Virus record (IMG/VR): IMGVR_UViG_3300035670_000189
Coordinates: 1,670-65,669 of that record
Length of the DNA: 64,000 nt
Strand: one strand, 5' to 3'
DNA from: a virus
Taxonomy: Duplodnaviria; Caudoviricetes
Of this stretch, positions 8,797 through 18,545 are shown one piece after another. A program made the translations under genes and the position numbers. Position 1 is the stretch's first letter, and every line of letters begins with the position of its first letter. The notes beneath the pieces were generated by a model that worked only from the letters and a program-made list of their open reading frames with translations, ran no database searches and was not told the origin of the DNA.

Positions 8797-9045
8797 ATGG
8801 AACTGATGCTCTGGAACGTGGCCCTGTCGTTCATCTCCGCATTGATCCTCATGTGGATCAAGTCAACGGTGGACGAACTCAAGCGAGTGCAAATCCTGTT
8901 GAACCGTACCCGGGAAGAAATCGCCAAGGAGTACATCACCAAGACGGACGTGCACAGCGATATCAACCGCGTGCTTCAACGACTCGACCGATTGGATGAG
9001 AAGTTGGACGCGTACATGAAGGAGCAACGCAGTGCCATCAACTAG
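8797..9045 (+). CDS. Hypothetical membrane-anchored coiled-coil protein
   Basis: Hydrophobic N-terminal 21 aa followed by a coiled coil. Confidence 0.7.
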   Translation: MELMLWNVALSFISALILMWIKSTVDELKRVQILLNRTREEIAKEYITKTDVHSDINRVLQRLDRLDEKLDAYMKEQRSAIN

Positions 9046-9364
9046 CAAGAAGCAACATAATTTCATGGCAGCGGTGGCCAACAATCCGTCGTTTGCCAAG
9101 AAAGCAGGGGTTCCACAGTCCGTGGGGCAAGAGTTCACAAAGGCCGACAAGGGCCGTAAATTTGCGAAAGGTGGTAGCACTATGGCAACCAAAGACATGA
9201 AGAAGGCTCTGGCAGCGCATGCTGCCAAACCCGCATCCAAAGCCCACGCAGGTCTGAAGACCGGCGGTGCGGTGTTCCGCAAGTCCGCTGACGGTATTGC
9301 CAAAAAAGGCAAGACCAAAGGCACCGAGATCGTCATGAAGGCAAAAGGTGGGATGTGCAAATGA
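9032..9364 (+). CDS. Small basic protein with AxGG motifs
   Basis: K-rich; contains FAKGG, LKTGG, ADGIAKKGKT. Confidence 0.7.
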   Translation: MPSTSKKQHNFMAAVANNPSFAKKAGVPQSVGQEFTKADKGRKFAKGGSTMATKDMKKALAAHAAKPASKAHAGLKTGGAVFRKSADGIAKKGKTKGTEIVMKAKGGMCK

Positions 9365-9621
9365 AAAAGAAATACGCTGATGGCGGTATCTACACCGCCG
9401 ACATGGGTCAACCCCCTCAAGACATCGACGGCGCGTCTGCCGCCCCCAAGCGCCCCATGCCTGCCGAAGGCCGCATGATGGAGCGCGAAGGTCGTGGCAT
9501 GGCCAAGGCTGACATGCAGAAGAAGATGATGGCTCCCAAAGGCTATGCCAAGGGTGGCTCTGTCTCTGCACGCGCTGACGGTATCGCCAAGCGTGGCAAG
9601 ACTCACTGCAAGATGGTGTGA
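9361..9621 (+). CDS. Small basic protein with AxGG motifs
   Basis: ATGA overlap with upstream gene; contains YADGG, YAKGG, RADGIAKRGKT. Confidence 0.7.
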   Translation: MKKKYADGGIYTADMGQPPQDIDGASAAPKRPMPAEGRMMEREGRGMAKADMQKKMMAPKGYAKGGSVSARADGIAKRGKTHCKMV

Positions 9622-9956
9622 CCATGATGGCCAGCCGAGGCATGGGTGCAATCCGCAAGGACAAGATTCCGGGCGGCAAAACCATGCGCCGCAAAGACGG
9701 TGACAAGTTTAACGACAACGGTGTCGAAAAGCGCCGTAAGGACGGGGACGAGTTCACTCTCTTTGCGGAAGGCGGTAACGTAAAGTCCAAGGTCAACGCC
9801 GCTGGAAACTACACCAAGCCGGGTATGCGCAAGTCGCTTTTTGAGAAAATCAAGGGGCAGGCCGTGCAGGGCACTGGGGCAGGGCAATGGAGCGCCCGTA
9901 AGGCGCAGTTGTTGGCCAAGGAATACAAACGCAAAGGCGGGGGGTACAGAGATTGA
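9618..9956 (+). CDS. Small basic protein
   Basis: GTGA overlap; contains FAEGG, NYTKPGMRK and GQWSARKAQLLA..Y...GGGY. Confidence 0.7.
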   Translation: MTMMASRGMGAIRKDKIPGGKTMRRKDGDKFNDNGVEKRRKDGDEFTLFAEGGNVKSKVNAAGNYTKPGMRKSLFEKIKGQAVQGTGAGQWSARKAQLLAKEYKRKGGGYRD

Positions 9957-10186
9957 AGGCACCGCAAAAATCGCTCAAGGACTGGACTGACCAAAAATGG
10001 CGTACCAAGTCTGGCAAGCCGTCGAACAAGACGGGGGAGCGGTATTTGCCCGAAGCAGCAATCAAGTCTCTGACTCCGGCTGAGTATGCAGCCACAACTC
10101 GTGCAAAACGTGCGGGTAAGGCCAAGGGCAAACAGTTTGTTGCCCAGCCAAAGGCTATCGCCAAGAAAACAGCGGGGTTTCGGTAA
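9953..10186 (+). CDS. Small basic protein
   Basis: 77 aa, very K/R-rich, coupled to its neighbours. Confidence 0.7.
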   Translation: MKAPQKSLKDWTDQKWRTKSGKPSNKTGERYLPEAAIKSLTPAEYAATTRAKRAGKAKGKQFVAQPKAIAKKTAGFR

Positions 10187-10897
10187 ATGACAACTTCAGG
10201 CACATCCGACTTCAACCTCGAATTTACCGAGATCGCTGAAGAAGCGTGGGAGCGTGCTGGCCGCGAGATGCGCACGGGCTATGACCTGCGCACGGCTCGT
10301 CGTTCCATGAACCTCATGACGATCGAGTGGCAGAACCGTGGTATCAACATGTGGACGATCGACGAAGGCGTCGTGAACCTCGTCCAAGGGCAGGCCGAGT
10401 ATGACCTGCCAGCCGATACCATCGACTTGCTGGAGCACGTGATCCGTACGGGCGCAGGCAATGTGTCTACGCAGTCTGATCTGTCAATCACGCGTATCAG
10501 CGTGTCCACGTACGCCACGATCCCAAACAAGTTACAGCAGGCCCGCCCCATTCAGGTGTGGGTACGCCGCTTGCGTGACAACCCCAAGATCGTCGTCTGG
10601 CCGGTTCCTGATCAGGGCACTGAGGAAGACCCCTACTACATCTTCAAGTACTGGCGCATGCGCCGTATTGAGGACGCTGGCGCGGGTGTCCAGACGGCAG
10701 ATGCCAACTTCCGATTCCTACCCGCGTTGACCGCAGGGCTGGCGTACCACATCGCTATGAAGGTGCCAGAACTGTCCGACCGTCTCCCGATGCTCAAGGC
10801 AGCATACGACGAGCAGTTTGATCTGGCAGCGGGTGAAGACCGCGAAAAAGCTGCGGTGCGGTTTGTGCCGCGTCGCTCCTACATTGGGGGTGGCTGA
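10187..10897 (+). CDS. Putative head-tail adaptor/connector protein
   Basis: 236 aa, MTTSGT..FNL....EEAWER...ARRSMNL...EW.NRGIN.W. Called from position in the morphogenesis operon. Confidence 0.6.
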   Translation: MTTSGTSDFNLEFTEIAEEAWERAGREMRTGYDLRTARRSMNLMTIEWQNRGINMWTIDEGVVNLVQGQAEYDLPADTIDLLEHVIRTGAGNVSTQSDLSITRISVSTYATIPNKLQQARPIQVWVRRLRDNPKIVVWPVPDQGTEEDPYYIFKYWRMRRIEDAGAGVQTADANFRFLPALTAGLAYHIAMKVPELSDRLPMLKAAYDEQFDLAAGEDREKAAVRFVPRRSYIGGG

Positions 10898-11286
10898 TGG
10901 GTAATCGGTACGCGTCAGAACGTATAGCCATTGCGATCTGTGATCGCTGTGGCTTTCAATTTCGTCTGCGCGAGCTTCGCACCCTGATCATCAAGACCAA
11001 AGAGGTCAACCTGCGCGTCTGCAAAGAGTGCTGGGAACCTGATCAGCCGCAGTTGCAGTTGGGTATGTACCCTGTGGATGACCCGCAGGCACTGCGCAAT
11101 CCACGCAGGGATAATACGTACTATCAGTCAGGACAACTGGCCGACGGTTCGATTGGCGAAGGTAGCCGAAACATCCAGTGGGGTTGGAACCCCGTTGGCA
11201 TGGCCCGAGGCTTTGATAGTGAGTTGACACCAAACAACTTGGTCGGAGCAGGACAAGTTGGTACAGTGTCTGTTGTGACAACGTAA
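10897..11286 (+). CDS. Hypothetical protein with two CxxC motifs
   Basis: CDRC...CKEC...DPQALRNPR. Confidence 0.75.
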   Translation: MGNRYASERIAIAICDRCGFQFRLRELRTLIIKTKEVNLRVCKECWEPDQPQLQLGMYPVDDPQALRNPRRDNTYYQSGQLADGSIGEGSRNIQWGWNPVGMARGFDSELTPNNLVGAGQVGTVSVVTT

Positions 11287-11293
11287 GGAGTCA

Positions 11294-11485
11294 ATGATGG
11301 CAACCAAAAAACCCAATATGCCCAAGGTGGGCGAAGAATCTCAGCAACGCGACTTCGAGAAGCTGAGCGTGTCTGCGGGCAACATGCGCACGAGCGACTA
11401 CCCCAAGACCAAAACCAGCGGCATCAAGATGCGCGGCGCTGGTGCGGCCACCAAGGGTACGATGTGCCGTGGCCCCATGGCATAA
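11294..11485 (+). CDS. Small basic protein
   Basis: AAGGAG RBS; RGAGAATKG motif. Confidence 0.7.
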   Translation: MMATKKPNMPKVGEESQQRDFEKLSVSAGNMRTSDYPKTKTSGIKMRGAGAATKGTMCRGPMA

Positions 11486-11495
11486 GGAGTAGTTC

Positions 11496-12131
11496 ATGAA
11501 CTACACCGAGTTGTGCGCAAACATCGAAAACATCTGCGAAAACGAGTTTTCGGCGGATGAACTCGCCATGTTCACTGAGCAGGCTGAGCAGAAGATTTAC
11601 AACACGGTGCAGATTCCCGCCCTCCGCAAAAACGTGACGGGTTCCATGTCTATCGGCAATCAGTACTTGCAAATCCCCTCGGACTTCTTGTACTGCTACT
11701 CGTTGGCTGTGATTGACGCTGACGGTGAGTATCACTACCTCCTGAACAAGGACGTGAACTTTATCCGTGAGGCGTACCCCAAGAACAACTTGGCATCACG
11801 CGGACGCCCCAAGCATTACGCCAACTTCGATGACTCTGCGTTCATCCTTGGCCCGACGCCGGATATTGCGTACAGCGCGGAACTGCACTACGGGTACTAT
11901 CCTGAGTCCATCGTGACTGCGGGTACCACGTGGTTGGGCGATGAGTTTGATTCCGCACTGCTCAACGGTGCTCTGGTTGAAGCGATCCGCTTCATGAAGG
12001 GCGAGCAGGACATGATTACTCTGTACGAGAAACTGTATGTGCAGGCCATCGGCCTGTTGAAGCAACTGGGCGACGGCAAGCTGCGACAGGATGCGTACCG
12101 CTCTGGACAAGTTCGTATCCCTGTCAGTTAA
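11496..12131 (+). CDS. Putative tail/adaptor structural protein
   Basis: 211 aa, MNY.EL...AEQKI...G.PKHYA...GPTPD..Y..EL.Y; AAGGAG RBS. Confidence 0.6.
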   Translation: MNYTELCANIENICENEFSADELAMFTEQAEQKIYNTVQIPALRKNVTGSMSIGNQYLQIPSDFLYCYSLAVIDADGEYHYLLNKDVNFIREAYPKNNLASRGRPKHYANFDDSAFILGPTPDIAYSAELHYGYYPESIVTAGTTWLGDEFDSALLNGALVEAIRFMKGEQDMITLYEKLYVQAIGLLKQLGDGKLRQDAYRSGQVRIPVS

Positions 12132-12143
12132 TAGGAGGCCAAT

Positions 12144-12578
12144 ATGGCAATTTCTCAAAGCATGTGCACCTCATTCAAAGTTGGCATTTTGGCCGCAGAC
12201 TTTGATTTTGGGTCGGGCACTTCTCAAACATTCAAGATCGCCCTGTACACGTCGTCTGCGACGCTGGGCGCAAGCACCACGGCTTACTCCGCTTCCAACG
12301 AGGTCAGCGGCACGGGCTATTCTGCTGGCGGTCAGGCGCTGACGATCAGTCAGGTGCCCACATCGAGTGGCACCACGGCTTATCTGGACTTCGATGACGT
12401 CACATGGACTACCGCTACGATCACTGCTCGTGGCGCTCTGATCTATTTGGCCAACGGCACGACCAACCCTGCGGTTGCTGTGTTGGACTTCGGCGGCGAT
12501 AAGACTTCAACTGCTGGCGACTTCACCATCCAGTTCCCCACCGCAGACGCTTCCAGCGCCATTCTGCGTATTGCTTGA
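12144..12578 (+). CDS. Putative virion structural protein
   Basis: 144 aa, FKIALYTSSATL...ITARGALIY...VLDFG.DK; AGGAGG RBS. Confidence 0.7.
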   Translation: MAISQSMCTSFKVGILAADFDFGSGTSQTFKIALYTSSATLGASTTAYSASNEVSGTGYSAGGQALTISQVPTSSGTTAYLDFDDVTWTTATITARGALIYLANGTTNPAVAVLDFGGDKTSTAGDFTIQFPTADASSAILRIA

Positions 12579-12588
12579 TGGTGAGTAG

Positions 12589-13557
12589 GTGGCTGATGCA
12601 AAGGTAGCCTTTGAAGGATGGGGTGCCTCGGGCGTTGCTTGGGGCTCCCAAGGCTGGGGTGTCGGTCACTCAGATGTCACGGGTACAGGCGCGGTCGGAA
12701 CCGTCGCCGTCACTGCTGACGCAAACGTCTACCCCTCGGGCTTAGAGGCCACGGGGGCCGTAGGCACAGTCGCTGTCGCCGCAGCGGCCAATGTATTCCC
12801 CACAGGGGTTGAAGCCACAGGTGCCGTGGGCACCGTCGTGGTTGTTGCAACCGCCGTTGTCTACCCCACTGGAGTAGAAGCCACTGGGGAGTTGGGTACC
12901 ACCACCGTTACCGGCGACGCCAATGTGTACCCTTCCGGGCTGGAAGCCACGGGCCAAGTCGGTACGGTGGTTGTACAAGCCAATGCGCTCGTGGAAGTCA
13001 CGGGCGTCACGGGTACCACACAGCTTGGTACTGTCACAGTCACCGCAGACGCCAACGCCCCGGTTTCCGGGCTCGCAGCCACAGGCGCAGTTGGCACCGT
13101 CACCATCGTTGCTGAAGCCGTCGTTTACCCCACCGGGGTCTCGGCTACCGGTGCGATTGGTACTGCGGTTGTCACCGGCACAGCCAACGTCTTCCCCTCG
13201 GGGGTCGAAGCTACTGGGGCAGTGGGCGACGTGTCGTTTGCCCTCTCGATCGTCGTTTATCCGACCGGTGTGTCGGGTACGATGTCACTTGGTAGCGTCG
13301 TAGCCACCGGTGGCGCAACAGCCTTGCCATCTGGTGTGGTTGGAACGGGTATAGTGGGACAAGTTAATGTTTGGGGCCAGATTGATGACAATCAGGACGC
13401 AGACTGGGGCGGCATAAATGACGGGCAGAGTGCTTTGTGGTCACAAGTTAATGACACACAGGGCGCAAACTGGCAAAATATCAACGATACCCAATCGCCG
13501 ACATGGGCGACAGTGGGTGATACGCAAATCGCGGACTGGCAAGAGATTGCCGCATGA
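12589..13557 (+). CDS. Repetitive beta-rich virion protein (fibre/spike-like)
   Basis: About 11 tandem ~21-aa repeats (VYPSGLEATGAVGTVxV) and C-terminal 11-aa W-x-x-I-N-D-x-Q repeats. Confidence 0.7.
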   Translation: MADAKVAFEGWGASGVAWGSQGWGVGHSDVTGTGAVGTVAVTADANVYPSGLEATGAVGTVAVAAAANVFPTGVEATGAVGTVVVVATAVVYPTGVEATGELGTTTVTGDANVYPSGLEATGQVGTVVVQANALVEVTGVTGTTQLGTVTVTADANAPVSGLAATGAVGTVTIVAEAVVYPTGVSATGAIGTAVVTGTANVFPSGVEATGAVGDVSFALSIVVYPTGVSGTMSLGSVVATGGATALPSGVVGTGIVGQVNVWGQIDDNQDADWGGINDGQSALWSQVNDTQGANWQNINDTQSPTWATVGDTQIADWQEIAA

Positions 13558-13570
13558 CAAGGGGAACTGA

Positions 13571-16500
13571 ATGACCACCCAATACACGCCGATTCTTAAA
13601 CTGGCTCTCCCTGTCACGGGCGAGCTTTCTGGTTCGTGGGGCGATGTCGTCAACGACAACATCACTTCGATGGTGGAGCAGGCCATTGCTGGTCTGGCCA
13701 CAATCAGCACATGGACTGCCAATGCGCACACGTTGACCACTGCCAACGGCACGACTGATGAGTCACGCTGCGCCATGCTGGTCGCTGAAGACGGCGCTGG
13801 CCTTGCCGCCGCAGGTGAGATCATCTGCCCGGCATCCTCCAAGCTGTACGTGCTCAAGAATGACACGTCGTACGCCATCACCCTGAAGACTTCGGGTGGC
13901 TCTGGCGTGGCTGTGGCCTCTGGCGAGACTGCTTTCTTGTTCTGTGATGGCACCAACGTCAACGCTTGCGTGACGACCATCATCGACGGCCACATCACCG
14001 GCAACCTGACCGTGGACGGCAACGCCACGATCAACGGCAACACCACGCTGGGCAACGCCACTTCGGACACCATCACTGCCACTGCGCGGTTCGCCTCCGG
14101 CCTGACCCCCTCCGCAGACAACACCTACGATCTGGGCTCGTCTGGCAACTCGTGGAAAGATGTTTACATCGACGGTACCGCGTACGTTGCCTTGGTGGAC
14201 ATCAATGGTGGCACCATCGACGGCGTGTCGATTGGCGCTACAACCCCTGCGACTTTCCTCGCGGTGGACAACCTGAGCCTCAACGGCAACACGATTGCTT
14301 CGACTGACACCAACGGCAACGTGGTGATCGCCCCCAACGGGACTGGCGATGTGCAACTGGACGCTGACACGGTGCGTGTGGGCGACTCTGCCGCTGCTGT
14401 GACCCTGACTTCCAACGGTGCTGGTGCGCTGACCGTGACGACTGGCGGCGCGGCTGATCTGACCCTCTCGACCAACTCTGGTACGACCTCGGGCACGATC
14501 ACGATCGCCAACGGCGCGAATGGCAACATCACGCTGACTCCTGACGGTACGGGCGACGTTCGCCTGCTGGCCGACACCACGGTGCTGGGTGACTCCAACA
14601 CTGATACCTACCTGACCACCAACGGTACGGGTAACCTGAACCTGACGACCAACGGCGGCACCAACAGTGGTGTCATTCAGATTGCTCAGGGCGCAAACGG
14701 CAACATCACGCTGACCCCCAACGGCACCGGCTCTGTCTCGGTGCCCAAGCTCGTTGTGTCTACTGGTACTGCAACTCGCGTGCCTTACATCACGACCGGT
14801 GGTCTGATCACCGACTCTGCCAACCTGACTTTCAACGGCACTGACCTGACGGTCTCTGGCGCAGTCAACGCTGGCTCTATCAACGCTACCACGCTCGACC
14901 TAACAAACCTCGAAGTCACCAACATCAAGGCCAAGGACGGTACAGCCGGGATGCAGATTGCTGACTCCACTGGCGTGGTGTCTTTTACAGCCAACCCCAC
15001 TCTGTCTGGCGGCACAGCCAACGGCGTGGCCTACCTCAACGGCTCCAAAGTTCTCACCACAGGCAGTGCGCTGACGTTTGATGGTTCTACGCTGGCCACA
15101 ACCGGCGCTCTGACTGTTGATGGCAACGCCACGCTTGGTAATGCCTCGGGCGATGTAGTGACGATCAGCGGCAAACTTGGGTTTGGCTCGGCTCCTGCTA
15201 CAAACACAGGCATCTACTATCGTTCTACTGGGTCTCAAATCACTGGATCAACGAGCGCCTACGGCATCTACATGGATGTGCCTTTTGCCAGCGATGTAAC
15301 AACCCTTGCTGACGCTGCCCGTTTCCGAGTGAACACGGCGGCTGCGGCGTATACGCTCTCCAATGCCATTGGGCTTCGCCTTGTTGATGCCGTAAAAGGC
15401 TCCGGCTCCACCATCACCACCTTGCATGGCCTCTACGTTGCTGACCAGACTCAGGGCGCAACTAACTACGGTATTCGTTCGCTTGTCACTTCCGGCTCGA
15501 ACAAGTGGAACCTCTACGTTGATGGTACAGCGGATAACTACTTTGCTGGGGACGTGGGGATTAACACTGATACTCCCGATTTTCCATTGGATGTGAACGG
15601 AGAGGCCCGTATCACCACTTCTGCTGGGTACAACCTCATATATCAGACTTCCAACAGCCGCTATCGTCTGAATTTTGTCAATGATGCTGGCAGTGCAAAC
15701 GTAGACGCAACACTCAGAGCAACAAGTTTCTTGTTTCTGGACAGCGCTGGCAGCACGACCATGAGCCTTGATTCATCCGGTGTGCTCTATGTCGGTAACC
15801 GCACCAGCTCCGTTACTGGATCAAAACTAACCGTTTACGGTGATGACAGCGATACAGCAGCCACAGTAGCTGCGTTTGGCCAGTACAACGCTGCAGGAAC
15901 AGATCGCGCATATCTTGCGATAAAGGCTGATCCAGTTGGAAACGGGATTACGCTTGACTCAACGGGCACGGGGGCTGGATATTTAGCTATTGCCGAAGGC
16001 GGTACCGAAACTATCCGCTTTACCACATCGAATACCATTGGGATTGGCAATAATGGGTCTAACTCCGTTACCGTCTACAACGGAAAGGACATTACAGGAT
16101 CAACAACCGCATACGGCTTCTATCTGACGGGCACGGTGCAGTCCGATGTTACGTCCACCGCAATCGGGTACAGATCAAGTATGGGCACTGAGGCTGCGTC
16201 GTTTACGGTCACAGCCATGATGCAGTTCTACGCGAGTCAAGCCACCTTTGGTGCAGGCTCTGCCGTAACAAGCCAGCATGGGTTCTATGCCAGCTCAACC
16301 CTCAGTGACGCCACAAATAACTATGGCTTCACGGGGGCACTCGCTGCGGCCTCAAACACCTACAACCTGTATATGCCGGGTTCAGCGCAGAACTATTTTG
16401 CTGGGAATCTGGGGCTCGGCGTCGCAGTTCCTCTGGCACAGCTCCACATCGTTGGCTCTGACACCACAAACCAAGTCATTATTGAGAACACAGATGCGGC

Positions 16501-17215
16501 GAGCACTTCCGCACCTGACTTGCAACTGTATCGCAACTCTTCAAGCCCTGCCGCTGCTGACACATTGGGCGTCCTTTATTTCGCGGGGAATAACGCCGAT
16601 ATTAACGACCTTAACTATGCGTATGTTGCGGGGAGGATCACTAGCACAACATCTGGTTCCGAAGACGGGCAACTTTATTTTGGAGTAGCGCAAAACGGCG
16701 TATCCACTGAAGTAGCCACCATTGATTATCAGGGCCATTTGATCGTCCCTGCTGGCATCACACTCGGCACATCCACTGCTACATACGCCGCAGCCAACAC
16801 CCTCGACGACTACGAAGAAGGCACTTGGACGCCTGTGATTGCTGATGCTACAACTGGCGGTAATACTGGGTCTGCGACAATCAGCTATGCCAACTACACC
16901 AAGATTGGTCGTCAGGTTACTCTTTCCGCGCAGCTTGCTAACGTCGTCACTACTGGAATGACAGCCGGAAATATTTTGTATGTTCGCGGGCTACCGTTTA
17001 CTTCTTCAGCGACAAACTCTGCTACAGGCGCAGTGACAGCAGACACCCTTGCATACGCAGCGTCAAGAACCAACGTAGTGGCTTATATTGCCCAGTCAGA
17101 CTCATGGTTGTATTTTCCCACCAGCGGAAGCGGACAAGCAGATTCTAATACGCTTGTATCTTATGTAACCTCTGGAACAACGGATATTTGGTTCACCGTC
17201 ACCTACATCGTTTAA
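13571..17215 (+). CDS. Tail fibre / receptor-binding protein
   Basis: 1214 aa, T/G/A/N-rich, with GNITLTPNGTG repeats and a C-terminal LDDYEEGTWTP...YTKIGRQV module. Confidence 0.85.
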   Translation: MTTQYTPILKLALPVTGELSGSWGDVVNDNITSMVEQAIAGLATISTWTANAHTLTTANGTTDESRCAMLVAEDGAGLAAAGEIICPASSKLYVLKNDTSYAITLKTSGGSGVAVASGETAFLFCDGTNVNACVTTIIDGHITGNLTVDGNATINGNTTLGNATSDTITATARFASGLTPSADNTYDLGSSGNSWKDVYIDGTAYVALVDINGGTIDGVSIGATTPATFLAVDNLSLNGNTIASTDTNGNVVIAPNGTGDVQLDADTVRVGDSAAAVTLTSNGAGALTVTTGGAADLTLSTNSGTTSGTITIANGANGNITLTPDGTGDVRLLADTTVLGDSNTDTYLTTNGTGNLNLTTNGGTNSGVIQIAQGANGNITLTPNGTGSVSVPKLVVSTGTATRVPYITTGGLITDSANLTFNGTDLTVSGAVNAGSINATTLDLTNLEVTNIKAKDGTAGMQIADSTGVVSFTANPTLSGGTANGVAYLNGSKVLTTGSALTFDGSTLATTGALTVDGNATLGNASGDVVTISGKLGFGSAPATNTGIYYRSTGSQITGSTSAYGIYMDVPFASDVTTLADAARFRVNTAAAAYTLSNAIGLRLVDAVKGSGSTITTLHGLYVADQTQGATNYGIRSLVTSGSNKWNLYVDGTADNYFAGDVGINTDTPDFPLDVNGEARITTSAGYNLIYQTSNSRYRLNFVNDAGSANVDATLRATSFLFLDSAGSTTMSLDSSGVLYVGNRTSSVTGSKLTVYGDDSDTAATVAAFGQYNAAGTDRAYLAIKADPVGNGITLDSTGTGAGYLAIAEGGTETIRFTTSNTIGIGNNGSNSVTVYNGKDITGSTTAYGFYLTGTVQSDVTSTAIGYRSSMGTEAASFTVTAMMQFYASQATFGAGSAVTSQHGFYASSTLSDATNNYGFTGALAAASNTYNLYMPGSAQNYFAGNLGLGVAVPLAQLHIVGSDTTNQVIIENTDAASTSAPDLQLYRNSSSPAAADTLGVLYFAGNNADINDLNYAYVAGRITSTTSGSEDGQLYFGVAQNGVSTEVATIDYQGHLIVPAGITLGTSTATYAAANTLDDYEEGTWTPVIADATTGGNTGSATISYANYTKIGRQVTLSAQLANVVTTGMTAGNILYVRGLPFTSSATNSATGAVTADTLAYAASRTNVVAYIAQSDSWLYFPTSGSGQADSNTLVSYVTSGTTDIWFTVTYIV

Positions 17216-17265
17216 CCCCAATACCCCGGCTGGACTGTCGGGGCTGACCTTGAAAGGAAACTAAA

Positions 17266-17559
17266 ATGGCTCTCGAAAAACAAACCTCTGTGGACAAGAT
17301 TGAAGTGCTCGAACAAGGGCAAGTTCAAGTCCGTACAGCAACACGCATTGTGGAAGACGGCAAAGTCATCTCCTCAAACTTCCACCGTCATGTGGTTGTG
17401 CCCGGTGATGATTACAGCCAAGAGGACGCGCGCGTTCAGGCCATCTGCGCCGCCACTCACACTGCTGAAGTTGTCGCTGCTTATCAAGCGGCACAAACCC
17501 CTGTGCAGGTCGCACCCGATGTGGCAAACTCTGCTGCAACAGAAGAACCCGTAGCCTGA
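17266..17559 (+). CDS. Putative tail-fibre-associated protein/chaperone
   Basis: 97 aa directly after the fibre gene; DKIEV...VQVR....EDG..IS..FHRHV. Confidence 0.65.
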   Translation: MALEKQTSVDKIEVLEQGQVQVRTATRIVEDGKVISSNFHRHVVVPGDDYSQEDARVQAICAATHTAEVVAAYQAAQTPVQVAPDVANSAATEEPVA

Positions 17560-17576
17560 CGGTCTCAGGCGTTTTT
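17554..17576 (+). terminator. Possible weak terminator
   Basis: GCCTGA-CGGTC-TCAGGC followed by GTTTTT. Confidence 0.4.
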
Positions 17577-17590
17577 AGAAGGAAACTGAA

Positions 17591-17827
17591 ATGGCAAATA
17601 CAAAAACCCCCATTTCCATCGACGGTACTGAGTACCAATTTGAAGACCTGAGCCAGCAACAGCAGGCCATGGTCAACCATGTGGCTGATCTGGATCGCAA
17701 GCTGGCCTCGGCCCGCTTCAACGTGGATCAACTCCAAGTTGGCCGCGACGCGTTCTTCGCTATGCTCAAGCAGTCGTTGGCTCAAGAGGTCAAAGATGAA
17801 GCTGCACAACCCGCCGAAAACGCTTGA
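17591..17827 (+). CDS. Hypothetical protein
   Basis: 78 aa, ISIDGTEY.FEDL followed by a coiled coil; GAAGGA RBS. Confidence 0.75.
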   Translation: MANTKTPISIDGTEYQFEDLSQQQQAMVNHVADLDRKLASARFNVDQLQVGRDAFFAMLKQSLAQEVKDEAAQPAENA

Positions 17828-18008
17828 TGACGGCACGGTAGAGCCTGCTCACACGGTGCATGCCGTGTGTGCGGCTTGTGGCTACGACTTGGATGAGGCC
17901 GAACTGGCCGCAGACACTTGCTCGGATTGCGGGGCACCCCTCAATCTCAAGCAGTCGGTGTCCATCCAAGTCACCACACTGCCCCCGCTGTTTGGCACTA
18001 CGCTGTAA
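17796..18008 (+). CDS. Small Zn-ribbon protein
   Basis: GAGG RBS before ATG 17796; CAAC...CSDC. Confidence 0.65.
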   Translation: MKLHNPPKTLDDGTVEPAHTVHAVCAACGYDLDEAELAADTCSDCGAPLNLKQSVSIQVTTLPPLFGTTL

Positions 18009-18017
18009 GGAACTGCG

Positions 18018-18545
18018 ATGCCGATTCCCGCGTTTCTCGCCCCGCTTCTTGGCCAAGGTCTCAACCTGCTGGCCAATGCCGCCATGGCAAAGGGCAAGGA
18101 ATGGGTGGAAGAAAAAACCGGCGTAAAACTGGAGCCCAACATGTCCGACAAAGACTTGTTGGCGCTTCGCCAATACGAGATGGATCACGAGGAAGAACTC
18201 CTGCGCATTCGTCTGGAGAACAACAAACTTGACTTGCAGGCGTTTGAACTGGAAGTCAAAGACCGCGACAGCGCCCGTGAGCGCGATGCGTGGTACGTGA
18301 GGATGGGCCAGCACAACTACCGTGCGGACTTGATGTTCCTGCTGGCCGTGTGCATGATTGCCGCCCTCGTCTACATCGTGTGGCAAGACCCCGCGATCAA
18401 TGAGTACGTCAAAGGCATCTTCACGTTGGTCTTGGGCCGATTCCTTGGCTACCTCGACAACATCTACAACTTCGAGTTCGGGACGACCCGTGGCTCCAAG
18501 AACAAGGATGAGACCATCAAGAATCTGAGCGGAGGTGGGCAATGA
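18018..18545 (+). CDS. Putative holin
   Basis: Two hydrophobic segments near the C-terminus and an FEFGTTRGS.NKD motif; immediately upstream of the endolysin. Confidence 0.6.
   Translation: MPIPAFLAPLLGQGLNLLANAAMAKGKEWVEEKTGVKLEPNMSDKDLLALRQYEMDHEEELLRIRLENNKLDLQAFELEVKDRDSARERDAWYVRMGQHNYRADLMFLLAVCMIAALVYIVWQDPAINEYVKGIFTLVLGRFLGYLDNIYNFEFGTTRGSKNKDETIKNLSGGGQ

Noticed and set aside
13571-17215. Diversity-generating retroelement acting on the tail fibre
   Set aside because: No reverse transcriptase and no near-identical TR/VR nucleotide repeat differing at adenines.
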